Positions 1 to 10,526 are shown, numbered from the stretch's first letter. The stretch: 64,000 nucleotides of DNA from Candidatus Omnitrophota bacterium (GCA_050250375.1 JBFWOS010000001.1:91346-155345); one strand, 5' to 3'. Made by a program: numbers and translations. The notes: generated from the letters alone by a model not told the origin.

Positions 1-790
1 TCGGTTTGAGGTTAAGACCGCCGGTGTCAAAGGTCATGCCCTTGCCGATCACGGCCGTGTAATCTTTTTTCTTGGACGCCCCGTTGTACTGGACAATGAT
101 CAGTTTCGGTTCCTGCCGGCTGCCCTGGTTAACGGCCAGGTGCAGGTTCAACCCCTTGGCTTTAAGTTCCTTTTTATTGAGGACCTCAAGCGAAATGTGT
201 TTATGCCCCTTGGTCAGTTTGCGGACCACCTTCTCCAGATAATCCGATGTCACCAGGTCCGCGTTGTCATTGATCAGGTCTCTTGTAAAGTTGGTCCCTT
301 CGCACACGGCCACCATGTGGTCGTACGATTTTTTCTTCGCCGCGATGAGCGTGTAGCTTTTTTCCGCCACCGGGACTTCATGGGTGAATTTGGTGATGTA
401 TTTCTGCCAGACGTAGGTCCCGATCAGGACGGCCTCGATCAGGGCGTGGATGCTTTCGTCCTTGATGTCGCTGGGGATAATCTCGATCTTCTTTTTTTTC
501 TGCAGGTATTTGGACTGCAGGGCGGTCTTGATGCAGATCCGAAACGCGGTCGAAGACAGTTCACTGCGCTGGCCGATCCCGACCAGCAGAACCAGGGTCG
601 AGCGGTAAACGACCGGGAAGATGTCGCATTTATCCCCGTTGAATTGTTCCGCATCAAAAATACTGACAATTTGTTCTTTTAAATCTGAAGGAATCGACGC
701 TGAGAATTTTTTCTGTTTGATGTGACTTTTTTCAAAAATCAGGACGGTCGCGTCCTGGTCGAACTGAGCGGTGGATTGAAACTGAATCAC
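1..790 (-). CDS. pepA: Leucyl aminopeptidase (M17 family), 5' part only. The gene runs off the window start. Putative GTG start at 790.
   Basis: Minus-strand translation from 790 gives VIQFQSTAQFDQDATVLIFEK...DYTAVIGKGMTFDTGGLNLKP. The GKGxTFDTGG motif is diagnostic of M17 LAP. AGAAAGGGG lies 7 nt upstream of the GTG. The listed plus-strand ORF 140..682 is the antisense shadow. Confidence 0.75.
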   Translation of the reverse strand, partial: MIQFQSTAQFDQDATVLIFEKSHIKQKKFSASIPSDLKEQIVSIFDAEQFNGDKCDIFPVVYRSTLVLLVGIGQRSELSSTAFRICIKTALQSKYLQKKKKIEIIPSDIKDESIHALIEAVLIGTYVWQKYITKFTHEVPVAEKSYTLIAAKKKSYDHMVAVCEGTNFTRDLINDNADLVTSDYLEKVVRKLTKGHKHISLEVLNKKELKAKGLNLHLAVNQGSRQEPKLIIVQYNGASKKKDYTAVIGKGMTFDTGGLNLKP

Positions 791-847
791 AAAATACCCC
801 TTTCTGGAGAGGAGATCGTTTAATAAAAATTGATTGAGTTTGAAAGA

Positions 848-2149
848 TCAGCGTTGATTCATGGGTACATAATCCCGGACGGTCTGTCCGGTGTAAATCT
901 GCCGCGGGCGTCCGATCTTGGACTTCGGGTCTTCTTTCATTTCCTTCCAATGGGCGATCCATCCCGGCATGCGCCCGATCGCGAACAGGACCGGGAACAT
1001 CTCGGTCGGGATCCCGATGGCCTTGTAAATCAGCCCGCTGTAAAAATCGACATTCGGATAAAGTTTTCGTTCGGCAAAATAATCATCTTTCAGGACCGCC
1101 GCTTCAAGCTTGACGGCCAGATCGAGCAACGGGTCATGGATGCCCATCGCGTCGAACAGTTTCTGGCAGCGCTGTTTGATGATTTTCGCCCGGGGATCAA
1201 AATTCTTGTACACCCGGTGGCCGAATCCCATCAAACGGTAATTGTCTTCCGGGTCTTTGGCTTTATTGATATATTTCTGGATATCTCCGCCCCCGGCCTG
1301 GATTTCTTCGAGCATCTCAACGACTTTCTGGTTGGCGCCCCCGTGCAGCGGTCCCCACAAGGCGCAGACGCCGCCGGAAACCGACGCGAACAGGTTCGCC
1401 CACGAACTGCCGATCAGCCGCACGGTTGAGGTGCTGCAATTCTGCTCATGGTCCGCGTGCAGGATTAAAAGGGCCATTAAGGCTGAGACCGTTTCCGGTT
1501 TGATATCATAATCTTTATTTTTGGTGGAAAACATCATGTGGAGAAAATTGGGGATATACTTCAGGTCGTCGCGCGGCGGGACAAAATCTTCGTCCACCGA
1601 CTTCTTGTAGGTGTACGCCGAGATCGTCCGGACCTTGGATAAAAGCTGGGCCGCCATGATCTCGATCTCTTCGCTGTTCGGTTCCGGTGTCAGCAGTTCG
1701 GGATAATACCCGGACAGGGAACAGACCATCGCGGACAAAAGCCCCATCGGATGCCCGTCTTTGGGATAACCTTTGAAAAAATTCAGCATATGAGGATGCA
1801 GCGGGGCGTGCTGGGTGAATGAACCGGAAAAGCGGTTCAGTTCTTTTTCATTCGGCAGTTTTCCGTTAATCAGCAGATACGCCGTTTCCACAAACGTCGC
1901 CTGCTCCGCAATCTGATCAATCGGTATGCCGCGGTAACGCAGGATCCCCTTCTCTCCGTCCAGATATGTGATCGCACTCTTGCACGCGCCCGTGTTTCCG
2001 AAACCGTTGTCCAGCGTGATATACGATGTGGCCGATCTTAACGTGGAGATATCGATTGCCTTTTCATTTTCCGTGCCGACGATCACCGGGAATTCATACG
2101 TTTGGCCGCCCAGAACTAATTGTGCCTTTTCCTCCATTGATTCCTCCAT
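848..2149 (-). CDS. gltA: Citrate synthase
   Basis: 433 aa, with GFGHRVYKNFDPRA and the LHGGANQ citrate synthase signature region. Confidence 0.93.
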   Translation of the reverse strand: MEESMEEKAQLVLGGQTYEFPVIVGTENEKAIDISTLRSATSYITLDNGFGNTGACKSAITYLDGEKGILRYRGIPIDQIAEQATFVETAYLLINGKLPNEKELNRFSGSFTQHAPLHPHMLNFFKGYPKDGHPMGLLSAMVCSLSGYYPELLTPEPNSEEIEIMAAQLLSKVRTISAYTYKKSVDEDFVPPRDDLKYIPNFLHMMFSTKNKDYDIKPETVSALMALLILHADHEQNCSTSTVRLIGSSWANLFASVSGGVCALWGPLHGGANQKVVEMLEEIQAGGGDIQKYINKAKDPEDNYRLMGFGHRVYKNFDPRAKIIKQRCQKLFDAMGIHDPLLDLAVKLEAAVLKDDYFAERKLYPNVDFYSGLIYKAIGIPTEMFPVLFAIGRMPGWIAHWKEMKEDPKSKIGRPRQIYTGQTVRDYVPMNQR

Positions 2150-2244
2150 CTAAATTTTTATGAAATATTTTGGGATGAGAATTAAAGTTGCCCTATTATA
2201 TTATGGAACTATTTTGATTTCAAGCATTCCGTTCAGGCCGGTGG

Positions 2245-4686
2245 TCAGCGCGCCGGTTTGAAGTCTTCCAGGTACAGCTGGCTGTCCGCCTGTTTGATCG
2301 TCGGATGGTTCTTCAGTTCGATCAGCATGCTTTCCGTCCGGCTCCACGTCTCGACCAGCTGCTGTTCCAGCTCGGTGATACGGCCTTTTAAGGCCGTGAT
2401 TTCCGTCATCAGCGGTGTCTTCATCTGCGTCAGTTCTTTTTCAGTGTACATTTTTTCTTTATTGCGGTTGGCGTAATCGATTTCACCCAACTGTTGGATC
2501 TTGATATTCATCTGGTCCGTTAATAAAACGATATCGTTCTTTAAACGGTCACGGTCTTTGATGACATCCTCCACCTCAACGTCTTTTTGGGCGATCATCT
2601 GGCGCGCCTTGGACAACGCCGTCTTTAACGAATCCGTTTGTTCCTTGAGTTTCGCGTATTCGGCCTTGTCAATTCCCGCCGCGGAATGCTGTTTGAGTTT
2701 GGCGATCTCCTGATTTAATATTTCGGAATCTTTCAGGGTTTGTTTCAGTTTCATCCGCAGGGCGTGGTTTTCATCACTCAGGCCGGCGATCTCAATGGTC
2801 TTGGCATCGGCGTCTTTTTTAAAACCCTGGATCAGGTTCCTGGCCTCTTTTAATTCCCCGGCCATGGCCTTGGCCTCGGCGGCCTCCTGCAGCTGGGTGG
2901 TAACCTCTGCCATCTTCTTCTGAAAGGCCGCATTTTCCTGAAGCAGGATCTCCAGCCGTTCGTTCAGTTCAGTGTTTTTGTTTTTAAGGTCTGTGTGTTC
3001 GCTGATCGAAAAAGAATTATTGTTCTTGAACTGGTTGAGTTCTTCAAGGCTGAGGGACAGCTGGGTATTTTTTTCGGCGATGATCTGCAGCTGCTCCTCG
3101 AGTCCCGATTTTTCTTCGGCGAGCTTCAATAACTGCGCCTGTTTGTATTCATTATCGATCTTCAGCGCCGACAATTCGTTGCTGATGCGGTCAAAGTCGG
3201 CCTTGCTCTCGATCTTCGCGTTGAAGCGTTCTTCCGATAATTTCCGGTCAAAGTCAGATACCTGTTTTTCCAGCAGGCCGATCTTTTCCTGCAGGGGCGT
3301 TTTGGCTTCTTCCATCTGTTTAGCCAGCTGGTCCTGCCGGGTGTCGAGGCCCTTGCGTAATTCCGCCAGTTCTCCGTCCTGCTGGTCCACCAGTCTTTTG
3401 TAAACCGCATTTTTTTCGGTCTCGTCTGTTAACCTGGTCCTGATCTGGACGGCCTCATCCTCTTTGAGTTTAAACGCGAGGTCTTTTTCATTGAGTTGTT
3501 TTTCAAGCCCCGTGATTTTTTCAAGGAACGGTTTGGCGGCATTTTTATTTTCCGCGCTGAGGGCGGCGATCATTTCTTCTTTGGCCTGCAGTTCTTTTTT
3601 AACGGTATTTAATTCTTCCGTGCGTTTCTCGACATCGGCCTGGCTGGAGGCCAGACTTTGTTCCTTTTCTTTTAACTGTGCGCCCAGCAAATCCGTTTCC
3701 TTTTTATGACCGGCCTTGAGCTGTTTGATCTCTTCATCATGCCCGTCTAACTTTTTCTGGGTCTCGGCTGATTTTTTGTCTCTGGCCGCGAGTGTCTTGT
3801 TCAGGTCCTCAATCGTTTGAGCGGAAGCGGATTCCGCTGACCTGATCCGGCCGTTTAACTGATCAATATCTTTTTCCTTTTGCGAAACCAGGTCTTCTTT
3901 TTCTTTCAGTTTCCGGGTGAGCGTTTTGATCTCTTCTTCATATTTCTTCTTCAGATTGTTGCTTTCGGATTCCGCTTTTTCCTCGTTGGTCAGGGCCTGC
4001 TGACGGACGGTTTTAATATTATCTTCTAGTTCCGTAATTTTTTCGTTCAAGGGTTTTTGGGCCTTGAGAATGGCCTGGTCCTGCCGGGTCTTGACTTCTT
4101 TATATTTGCCTTCCAGTTCTTCCAATGTCTTGTTTTTTTCTTTCAATTCATTGGTCAGGAGGCTGATTCGTTCATCCCCGCTTGTCTTTTCCGCGACGAT
4201 CTTGGCCACGAGTTCATTGGCCTTGTTGAGCTGCTCGGTTTTTTCCCTGATCAGCCGTTCATAGTCCGCGATCTGGTTTTGATGGGCTGAATCCCGGGAG
4301 GACATCAGGGACTCTTTTTCCTTTTGCAACGATTCAAGCTGCTTTTTAAGCTGTTTGACGGTTTGCTGCAGTTCGGTCATCCGGATTGAATAGCCGTCCT
4401 GGATTGAATTTTTCTGGGCCTTGAGTTCCTGTCTCAGCTGACGGTTGGTTTCAAGGAGCTGACTTTTATTCGACTGACCGGAAAGTTGCGTTTCCAGGTC
4501 AAAAATGGTCCGGCGCAGATTCCGGATGAGAAGGTCTTTTTCCCGAAGCTCTTCTTCCAGCAAATCGTCTGCAGGTTGTTCGGCAAATACCGCGGGTTGA
4601 AAAATTAAATGGCCCATAACCATAATCAATAATGTCATGGCCGAAACAACAGCATGTCTGGGTTTAAAAATGACTGGTCTTTTCAT
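2245..4686 (-). CDS. Large coiled-coil protein (~810 aa) with an N-terminal signal peptide or membrane anchor. Function unknown. Start probably at MKRPVIF (4686), not the listed 4812, which would overlap the upstream gene.
   Basis: Hydrophobic N-terminus (AVVSAMTLLIMVMGHLIFQPAVFA), then ~780 aa of K/E/Q/L-rich heptad-like sequence. Confidence 0.65.
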   Translation of the reverse strand: MKRPVIFKPRHAVVSAMTLLIMVMGHLIFQPAVFAEQPADDLLEEELREKDLLIRNLRRTIFDLETQLSGQSNKSQLLETNRQLRQELKAQKNSIQDGYSIRMTELQQTVKQLKKQLESLQKEKESLMSSRDSAHQNQIADYERLIREKTEQLNKANELVAKIVAEKTSGDERISLLTNELKEKNKTLEELEGKYKEVKTRQDQAILKAQKPLNEKITELEDNIKTVRQQALTNEEKAESESNNLKKKYEEEIKTLTRKLKEKEDLVSQKEKDIDQLNGRIRSAESASAQTIEDLNKTLAARDKKSAETQKKLDGHDEEIKQLKAGHKKETDLLGAQLKEKEQSLASSQADVEKRTEELNTVKKELQAKEEMIAALSAENKNAAKPFLEKITGLEKQLNEKDLAFKLKEDEAVQIRTRLTDETEKNAVYKRLVDQQDGELAELRKGLDTRQDQLAKQMEEAKTPLQEKIGLLEKQVSDFDRKLSEERFNAKIESKADFDRISNELSALKIDNEYKQAQLLKLAEEKSGLEEQLQIIAEKNTQLSLSLEELNQFKNNNSFSISEHTDLKNKNTELNERLEILLQENAAFQKKMAEVTTQLQEAAEAKAMAGELKEARNLIQGFKKDADAKTIEIAGLSDENHALRMKLKQTLKDSEILNQEIAKLKQHSAAGIDKAEYAKLKEQTDSLKTALSKARQMIAQKDVEVEDVIKDRDRLKNDIVLLTDQMNIKIQQLGEIDYANRNKEKMYTEKELTQMKTPLMTEITALKGRITELEQQLVETWSRTESMLIELKNHPTIKQADSQLYLEDFKPAR

Positions 4687-5749
4687 CGTGAGGGTCAACA
4701 TATTGTTCCTGGATCTTCTGGATATCGGGTAAAATCCGGACGAACGAGTCAACCAGGTCCGGGTCAAAATGTTTGCCTTTTCCGTCTTTAATCTCTTCCA
4801 TCGTCTGATCAAGTTTCCAGGCCCCTTTGTAGGGCCGTGCGGTCATCAAGGCATCGAACACGTCGCATAATCCGCAGATCCGTCCGACCAGCGGGATTGA
4901 GGTTTCTTTGATTCCTTTGGGATATCCGCTTCCGTCCCACTTTTCGTGATGGGTCAGCGCGATCAGACGGGCCATTTTCATAAATTCGGAATTGCTTCCG
5001 GATAATAATTCCGCGCCGATGGTCGTGTGTGTCTTCATGACCTCCCATTCCTCATCGGTGAGCCGTCCCGGTTTCTGCAGGATCCGGTCGGGAATGCCGA
5101 TCTTGCCGATATCGTGCAGGGGCGCGGCGGTCAGCAGGCTGTCGCATTCCGCCGGGGACAAGCCGGATTCCTGCGCGAGGCGGGCGGAATAATGGCTCAT
5201 ACGCACAATGTGCAGCCCTGTTTCGGAATCCCGGTATTCAATCGCCCTGGCCAGACGGGTGATCACGTCCAGCTGGGTATTGGATAATTGACGGGTCCGT
5301 TCCTTGACCTTGTCTTCAAGCAGCCGGTTCTGGTCTTTGGCCTGCTTGTGCAGCATCTGGGCCTCGATCAGATTTCGGAACCGGATCAGCACTTCAATCC
5401 GGTCGTACGGTTTATTCAAAAAATCTTTCGCCCCGGACTCAAGCGCCTTGAACCGGGCCTGATGGTCGGAGTCGTGGGAAAGGACAATGATCGGCAGAAA
5501 TGTGTCCGCGTGCATTTGCCTGAGCTGCTCCATCACCTCAAACCCCGTCACGCTGGGCATCCACAGGTCCAGGACCAGCAGGTCCGGCTGGATCGATTCA
5601 AACAGGCTGACGGCCTGGGTTGAATCCGTTGAGGAATGCACATTTTTATAACCGGCCTTCTCGAAGATTTCTTCCAGCAGGCGGATGCTGATCTCATCAT
5701 CATCGATGATGAGGATCTGGGCGCCACGGATTATGTCATCTGTAATCAT
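4664..5749 (-). CDS. Response regulator with receiver plus HD-GYP domain (c-di-GMP phosphodiesterase, RpfG-like)
   Basis: N-terminal receiver (ILIIDDDE...LVLDLWMP), then the HD-GYP motifs HDIGKIGIPDRIL and HHEKWDGSGYP. Confidence 0.85.
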   Translation of the reverse strand: MITDDIIRGAQILIIDDDEISIRLLEEIFEKAGYKNVHSSTDSTQAVSLFESIQPDLLVLDLWMPSVTGFEVMEQLRQMHADTFLPIIVLSHDSDHQARFKALESGAKDFLNKPYDRIEVLIRFRNLIEAQMLHKQAKDQNRLLEDKVKERTRQLSNTQLDVITRLARAIEYRDSETGLHIVRMSHYSARLAQESGLSPAECDSLLTAAPLHDIGKIGIPDRILQKPGRLTDEEWEVMKTHTTIGAELLSGSNSEFMKMARLIALTHHEKWDGSGYPKGIKETSIPLVGRICGLCDVFDALMTARPYKGAWKLDQTMEEIKDGKGKHFDPDLVDSFVRILPDIQKIQEQYVDPHDEKTSHF

Positions 5750-5752
5750 AAA

Positions 5753-6505
5753 TCATATCTCAAACGATTCATATCGATGAAACACTTCATGATCTGTCGA
5801 GTCACAATGGATCGGTGTAATGGTGACATACTTGTTATTCAACGCGTATGTGTCGATCGAATTATTTTTATGTTTGATCGCGGTTTTCCCGGTCAGCCAG
5901 TAATACTCTTTCAAGTTCGGATCCTTGCATTTCTTGAACGTGCCGTGGATCGGTTCCAGGCATTGTTTGGTAAACTTGATGCCCTTGATTTGTGAAGACG
6001 GAAGATTCGGAACATTCAGGTTCAAAAATGTGCCGCTGGGCAGAGGGTTTTTCCTCATAAATTTAACCAGCTTTCCGGCGCACTGGGCGGCGTATGAAAA
6101 ATCCGGTTCGTTAAAAGTATCGAGCGATACGGCAATCGACGGGATCCCCATCAGGGCGCCCTCCCTGGCCCCGGCCACAGTCCCCGAATAAAAAACACTG
6201 CAGCCTTCATTGGACCCGAGGTTGATCCCGGACACCAGAAAATCAGGTTTCTTTTTATAAAGGACATCCACCGCGAACTTGACACAATCGGCCGGTGTCC
6301 CGCTGACCCCGTAACCGAAGAAATTCTTTCTGCGGTCCACGAGTTTCTGCCGGATCGGATGCGCCAGGGTAATCCCGTGCCCGACGGATGAACGTTCCGA
6401 GTCGGGAGCGACCACCTTGACCTTCCCTAATTTTTTGAGTTCCAGATAAACGGCGTAAATTCCCGGGGCGTAAATGCCGTCATCGTTCGTTAGTAATATG
6501 TCCAT
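5753..6505 (-). CDS. surE: 5'/3'-nucleotidase SurE
   Basis: MDILLTNDDGIYAPGI N-terminal signature of the SurE family. 250 aa. Confidence 0.88.
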   Translation of the reverse strand: MDILLTNDDGIYAPGIYAVYLELKKLGKVKVVAPDSERSSVGHGITLAHPIRQKLVDRRKNFFGYGVSGTPADCVKFAVDVLYKKKPDFLVSGINLGSNEGCSVFYSGTVAGAREGALMGIPSIAVSLDTFNEPDFSYAAQCAGKLVKFMRKNPLPSGTFLNLNVPNLPSSQIKGIKFTKQCLEPIHGTFKKCKDPNLKEYYWLTGKTAIKHKNNSIDTYALNNKYVTITPIHCDSTDHEVFHRYESFEI

Positions 6506-6712
6506 TATGTGAGGTTGTCCGGTCAGACAACGGATAAATCTTTTTTAATAATGTAACTACACTATCATAAATTATTCTTTAGAGCAAATTTTTGTAACAC
6601 TTGGGTATTCATATTTTTACATTCGAATGGTTAAACAATAAAGTATTTACGGATAGAACGCAGGGTGTGATCTGAAAAATCTGGGAATGGCGCGTGCCGC
6701 AGGGTTTGCACG

Positions 6713-6901
6713 TTACTGATCGGTTTGATCGATGACCGGACAGAGGTTATGAAATTCTTTGTCCAGCCGATGCAGAGGCACCAGGTGTATTTGTTTACAC
6801 CGGTTGCATTTGAATTCAAGGCCGCGGTGGGTCAGCTTAAACAAAAGTTTACCGCAGTCACAACGTTCTTCCTGGTTTTGGTCGGGCTCGATATACGTCA
6901 T
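6713..6901 (-). CDS. Small zinc-ribbon protein of the Mu Com family
   Basis: 62 aa with the pattern CDCGKLLFK...EFKCNRCKQIH. This closely parallels the phage Mu Com zinc ribbon (CxxC-KLLFK...C-RCK). Confidence 0.5.
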   Translation of the reverse strand: MTYIEPDQNQEERCDCGKLLFKLTHRGLEFKCNRCKQIHLVPLHRLDKEFHNLCPVIDQTDQ

Positions 6902-6989
6902 AATTTAGCTTATTTTAATATTCAAAATCGTAACATTTACAAAATATCGTGTCAATATTTATTTAAACTAAGCTTTATACTGACGTATT

Positions 6990-8792
6990 TTAGATGGAGA
7001 ATTCCGGATCCGGCAGGATTTTCTTGAGCAGGTAATCCGTGATCTTGTCCGCGGATTCATCCGTGGCGGACGCCTCATCCAGGACCAGATCCACCTGCCC
7101 GGCGTCAAACGGGTTTTCCCCGACATTGACCACCACCGTCCGGTTCGGCTGGTTTAACGAGCGCAGCATGTCCAGTTCATACCGGTCGACGTCCGAAACC
7201 CGCGCGATAAAGATCAGCCCGGCATCCGTCATCACGTGCGCCATCTCCCCCAGCTGCTGGATGATCTGGACACGGTTTAAGACCTTATCATTTGAATTGA
7301 TCTGGGTGGATAACAATTCATTGGATATTCCCAGAAAATAAGTCAGCTTGCCCAGGTCGAACAGCTTTTTTTCCAGGGCCTTGGCGATTTCCAGTTTTCC
7401 TTTATAGGCCGCGCCCGTGATAATAACAAACGCTGAATTGTGTTTAAACTCGTGCGCCCGCTTGGACGGAGTGATGTCGCTGCGTTCCCAATTGTGTTCC
7501 CGGGCCTTGATGTGCGCTTTTAACGTGCTGGAATCTTCGAAGACGGGAGCAAGGATAATCCCGCCGCCGGAGATTTCATAATTGTCAACGATCACAAAAC
7601 GCCCGGTCTCCGAAATATACGTGACCTCATCAAACGCGACCGGTTTCAAAGTTTCTAAAATGCATTCAGCCACGTCATGCCGGTCGATTTGCGGCTTGTT
7701 GGATATGGACGAAAGTTCCGACGCGTCCAGGACACTGATGATCTCCGACAAGACCACCGGCACCTGCTGTGACGATAATTTCAGTTTATAATTTTTTCCT
7801 TTTACAAAAGGCTGTTTCCCCATCCAGAACAGATTGGCCTTGAATTTTGTACTGACATGCGGTTTTTTTTGTTTGACCAGGCTTAAGATTTCTCCCGGCT
7901 TGATATAAATCTGGGTCTCGAGAGTCAATCCCGTGCTTTGACCGGAAAAGGCCGACTGCAGTTTCGGAAGATTGAATCCCTCGATGCTCTTTACGGTAGA
8001 CATTTTTTTCGACGGCAAGAAAACAACTTCATCCCCGACCGCAATCGTTCCCGCTTCAATCCGGCCGGAAAAAATCCGGCGGTCATCGCCTTCCTCCGTA
8101 AATTTATAAATATCCTGGATCGGAAAACGAACATCCATTTCATCTTTCGGCGGCGCCTTCTTAAAATCATCAAAGGCTTCAAGTGCAGACAATCCCTTGT
8201 ACCAAGGCATTTTGTCCGACAGGGTCACAATATTGTCGCCTTCGCGCGCACTGATCGGGATAAAATGCTGGGGTTTTAAATTGATCTCCGCCAGGAATGC
8301 GGAATACTCCCGGTGGATGGACTCAAATACCTGTTCGCTGTATTTCACCAGATCCATCTTATTGACACAGACCGTTACGTTTTTTATTCCCAGGAATGAC
8401 ATCATGTAACCGTGCCGTTTGGAATTCTCTTTGATCCCTTCATTCGCGTCAATGACGAGCATAGCGGCCTCGGCCCGGGCCGCGCCCGTGACCATATTCT
8501 TTAAGAATTCAATGTGTCCGGGGGCATCGATGATAATATAATCCCGCTTTTCGGATTTAAAAAAACTGCGGGCGGTATCAATGGTGATCCCCTGGGATTG
8601 TTCATCTTTCAGGGCGTCCAGCAAAAACGCGTATTCAAACGGTTTTGAGTTGCGTTTGCACATGGCCTTAACCTGGTCCAGCTTGCCTTCCGGCAATGAC
8701 CCCGTATCCGCTAAAAGACGGCCGATCAATGTGCTCTTGCCGTGGTCGACATGTCCGACAATAACAACGTTCATCTGTTTCTTTTCAATCAT
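6990..8792 (-). CDS. cysN: Sulfate adenylyltransferase large subunit (CysN GTPase) fused to a C-terminal APS-kinase-like domain that appears catalytically degenerate
   Basis: N-terminal [15 protein letters not shown] GTPase, as in EF-Tu. The C-terminal ~170 aa is CysC-like but has GAAYKGKLE in place of the GLSGSGKST P-loop and GISNEL in place of the DGDNVR catalytic motif. Confidence 0.85.
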   Translation of the reverse strand: MIEKKQMNVVIVGHVDHGKSTLIGRLLADTGSLPEGKLDQVKAMCKRNSKPFEYAFLLDALKDEQSQGITIDTARSFFKSEKRDYIIIDAPGHIEFLKNMVTGAARAEAAMLVIDANEGIKENSKRHGYMMSFLGIKNVTVCVNKMDLVKYSEQVFESIHREYSAFLAEINLKPQHFIPISAREGDNIVTLSDKMPWYKGLSALEAFDDFKKAPPKDEMDVRFPIQDIYKFTEEGDDRRIFSGRIEAGTIAVGDEVVFLPSKKMSTVKSIEGFNLPKLQSAFSGQSTGLTLETQIYIKPGEILSLVKQKKPHVSTKFKANLFWMGKQPFVKGKNYKLKLSSQQVPVVLSEIISVLDASELSSISNKPQIDRHDVAECILETLKPVAFDEVTYISETGRFVIVDNYEISGGGIILAPVFEDSSTLKAHIKAREHNWERSDITPSKRAHEFKHNSAFVIITGAAYKGKLEIAKALEKKLFDLGKLTYFLGISNELLSTQINSNDKVLNRVQIIQQLGEMAHVMTDAGLIFIARVSDVDRYELDMLRSLNQPNRTVVVNVGENPFDAGQVDLVLDEASATDESADKITDYLLKKILPDPEFSI

Positions 8793-8853
8793 GGATCTCA
8801 GTCCTTTATCAATTCAAAATTATCTAAAATTAATTTTGTCTTCAAACGAAAAC

Positions 8854-9747
8854 TTACATGTACCCGCTTACCCGTAACGTCTCAAGACCGCCGCCGTCTT
8901 CTTTGTCCTGGGCGCGCCCGGAACGTTCCGCAATATTCTTAAATTTTCCCGAACGTAATTCTTCGATGATGTCTTTGACATTCTTCGCGGTGGATTCCAC
9001 CGGTGTCGTGCAGGGAAAACAGCCTAACGAACGGTAACGTTTGCCTTCACCGCGGTCAAAATACAATCCGGTGATGGGGATATTCTCACGGTCGATGTAT
9101 TCCCAGATATTCAGTTCCGTCCAGTCCAGCAGAGGATGAATCCTCAAATGGGTGCCCGGCGCGAAATCGGTTTTAAACTGGTTCCATAATTCCGGAGGCT
9201 GGTCGCCGACATCCCAGTCGTTATTCCGGTCGCGCGGTGAGAAATAACGTTCCTTGGAACGGCTGCCTTCTTCGTCGGCCCTGACCCCCACGATGACTCC
9301 GGTGTACGGTTCAGTATTGTTGTCCACTTCGTATTCACCCTTTTCATGGTTCATCCGGTAACGGGTCCAATCCCCGGCCAGGGTATGTTTGAGCGCCTCG
9401 GTCTTTAACGCCTTGCAGCAGGAAATACGGTCAATGGCTCCGTCGGGAAATGTTTTTTTCGCGGCCAGGGCCTCTTTGTTCTGGCCGTAAACCATATTTA
9501 ATTTCCATTCCCGGGCCAGGCGGTCGCGGTATTCAATCATCTCGGGAATCTTGTAACTGGTATCAATATGCACCAGCGGAAACGGGACATGCCCGAAAAA
9601 CGCCTTTCTCGCGAGCCACAACAACACCGTGCTGTCCTTTCCAATGGACCAGAGCATGGCCAGGTTTTTAAATTCACGATAGGCTTCCCGCAGAATAAAG
9701 ACGCTTTGCGCCTCAATTTCATCCAATTTTGTCATTGTTTTAGACAT
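8854..9747 (-). CDS. cysD: Sulfate adenylyltransferase small subunit
   Basis: 297 aa, PAPS-reductase-fold ATP pyrophosphatase motif [14 protein letters not shown]-terminal LRVSGYM. Confidence 0.9.
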   Translation of the reverse strand: MSKTMTKLDEIEAQSVFILREAYREFKNLAMLWSIGKDSTVLLWLARKAFFGHVPFPLVHIDTSYKIPEMIEYRDRLAREWKLNMVYGQNKEALAAKKTFPDGAIDRISCCKALKTEALKHTLAGDWTRYRMNHEKGEYEVDNNTEPYTGVIVGVRADEEGSRSKERYFSPRDRNNDWDVGDQPPELWNQFKTDFAPGTHLRIHPLLDWTELNIWEYIDRENIPITGLYFDRGEGKRYRSLGCFPCTTPVESTAKNVKDIIEELRSGKFKNIAERSGRAQDKEDGGGLETLRVSGYM

Positions 9748-9764
9748 ACTGTAACCTCATCATT

Positions 9765-10514
9765 TTATTTCTTCGGGCGGTTCGGGTTATTATGCAGACC
9801 GCATTCTTTTTGTTCAGGGGCTTCCCACCACCACCGTCCCGCGCGGACATCTTCCCCGGGTTTGATCGCCCGGGTGCAGGGTGAACAGCCGATGCTGACA
9901 AATCCCTGCGCGTGCAAGGGATTAACATCGACCTGATTTTCTTTAATGTATATTTTCATCTGCTCGAACGACCAGTCGGCCAGCGGATTGATTTTAACTT
10001 TCGCATTGGCGGCGTCCCATTCAAATGTTTTCAATTCAGTCCGTGTCACGGACTGCGCCTTCCTTAATCCGGTAATCCAGGCGTCTGTTTCTTTCAGGGC
10101 GCGCTGCAGCGGCTCAACTTTCCTGATCCCGCAGCAGGTTTTACGATTGTCCACACTCTCATAAAACAAATTGATCCCCTTATTCATGACCATCGCCTGC
10201 ACGGATTGTGTATCCGGATAAAAAATCTCAAGCTGGAGCGGATACTTCTTCTGGTTCTTGGCCAATAAATCATATGTTTCCGGGAAAAGCCGTCCCGTAT
10301 CGAGAGTAAAAATTTTAATTTCAGGCTGGACCTTGGCGATCATATCGGTCAGCACCTGGTCTTCTTCACCGAGGCTGGTGGCAAATTTCAGTCGCGGACC
10401 GAAACGGCTGTACGCGTACTGAAGGATTTCCTGTGCTGTAAACCCTTTTGTATCTTTCAAATATTGTTCGATTTTGTCTTTCATAAAGTTTCTCTCGGCA
10501 ACGGCCGCTTCCAT
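9765..10514 (-). CDS. cysH: Thioredoxin-dependent adenylylsulfate (APS)/PAPS reductase, of the iron-sulfur APS-reductase type
   Basis: SLGEEDQVLTD motif and C-terminal ECGLH. Also carries the Cys pair KTCCGIRK plus GCSPC, typical of [4Fe-4S] APS reductases. Confidence 0.85.
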   Translation of the reverse strand: MEAAVAERNFMKDKIEQYLKDTKGFTAQEILQYAYSRFGPRLKFATSLGEEDQVLTDMIAKVQPEIKIFTLDTGRLFPETYDLLAKNQKKYPLQLEIFYPDTQSVQAMVMNKGINLFYESVDNRKTCCGIRKVEPLQRALKETDAWITGLRKAQSVTRTELKTFEWDAANAKVKINPLADWSFEQMKIYIKENQVDVNPLHAQGFVSIGCSPCTRAIKPGEDVRAGRWWWEAPEQKECGLHNNPNRPKK

Positions 10515-10526
10515 TGATCCTGAAAT

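Noticed and set aside
140-682. Listed 180-aa plus-strand ORF
   Set aside because: Composition (D/L/F/V/G-rich, no motifs) is typical of an antisense shadow. The minus strand encodes a clear M17 leucyl aminopeptidase (GKGMTFDTGG) across the same region.
6522-6541. Hairpin GTTGTC-cggtca-GACAAC just upstream of the surE start
   Set aside because: Only a 6-bp stem and not followed by a U-run on either strand. Insufficient evidence for a terminator or operator.
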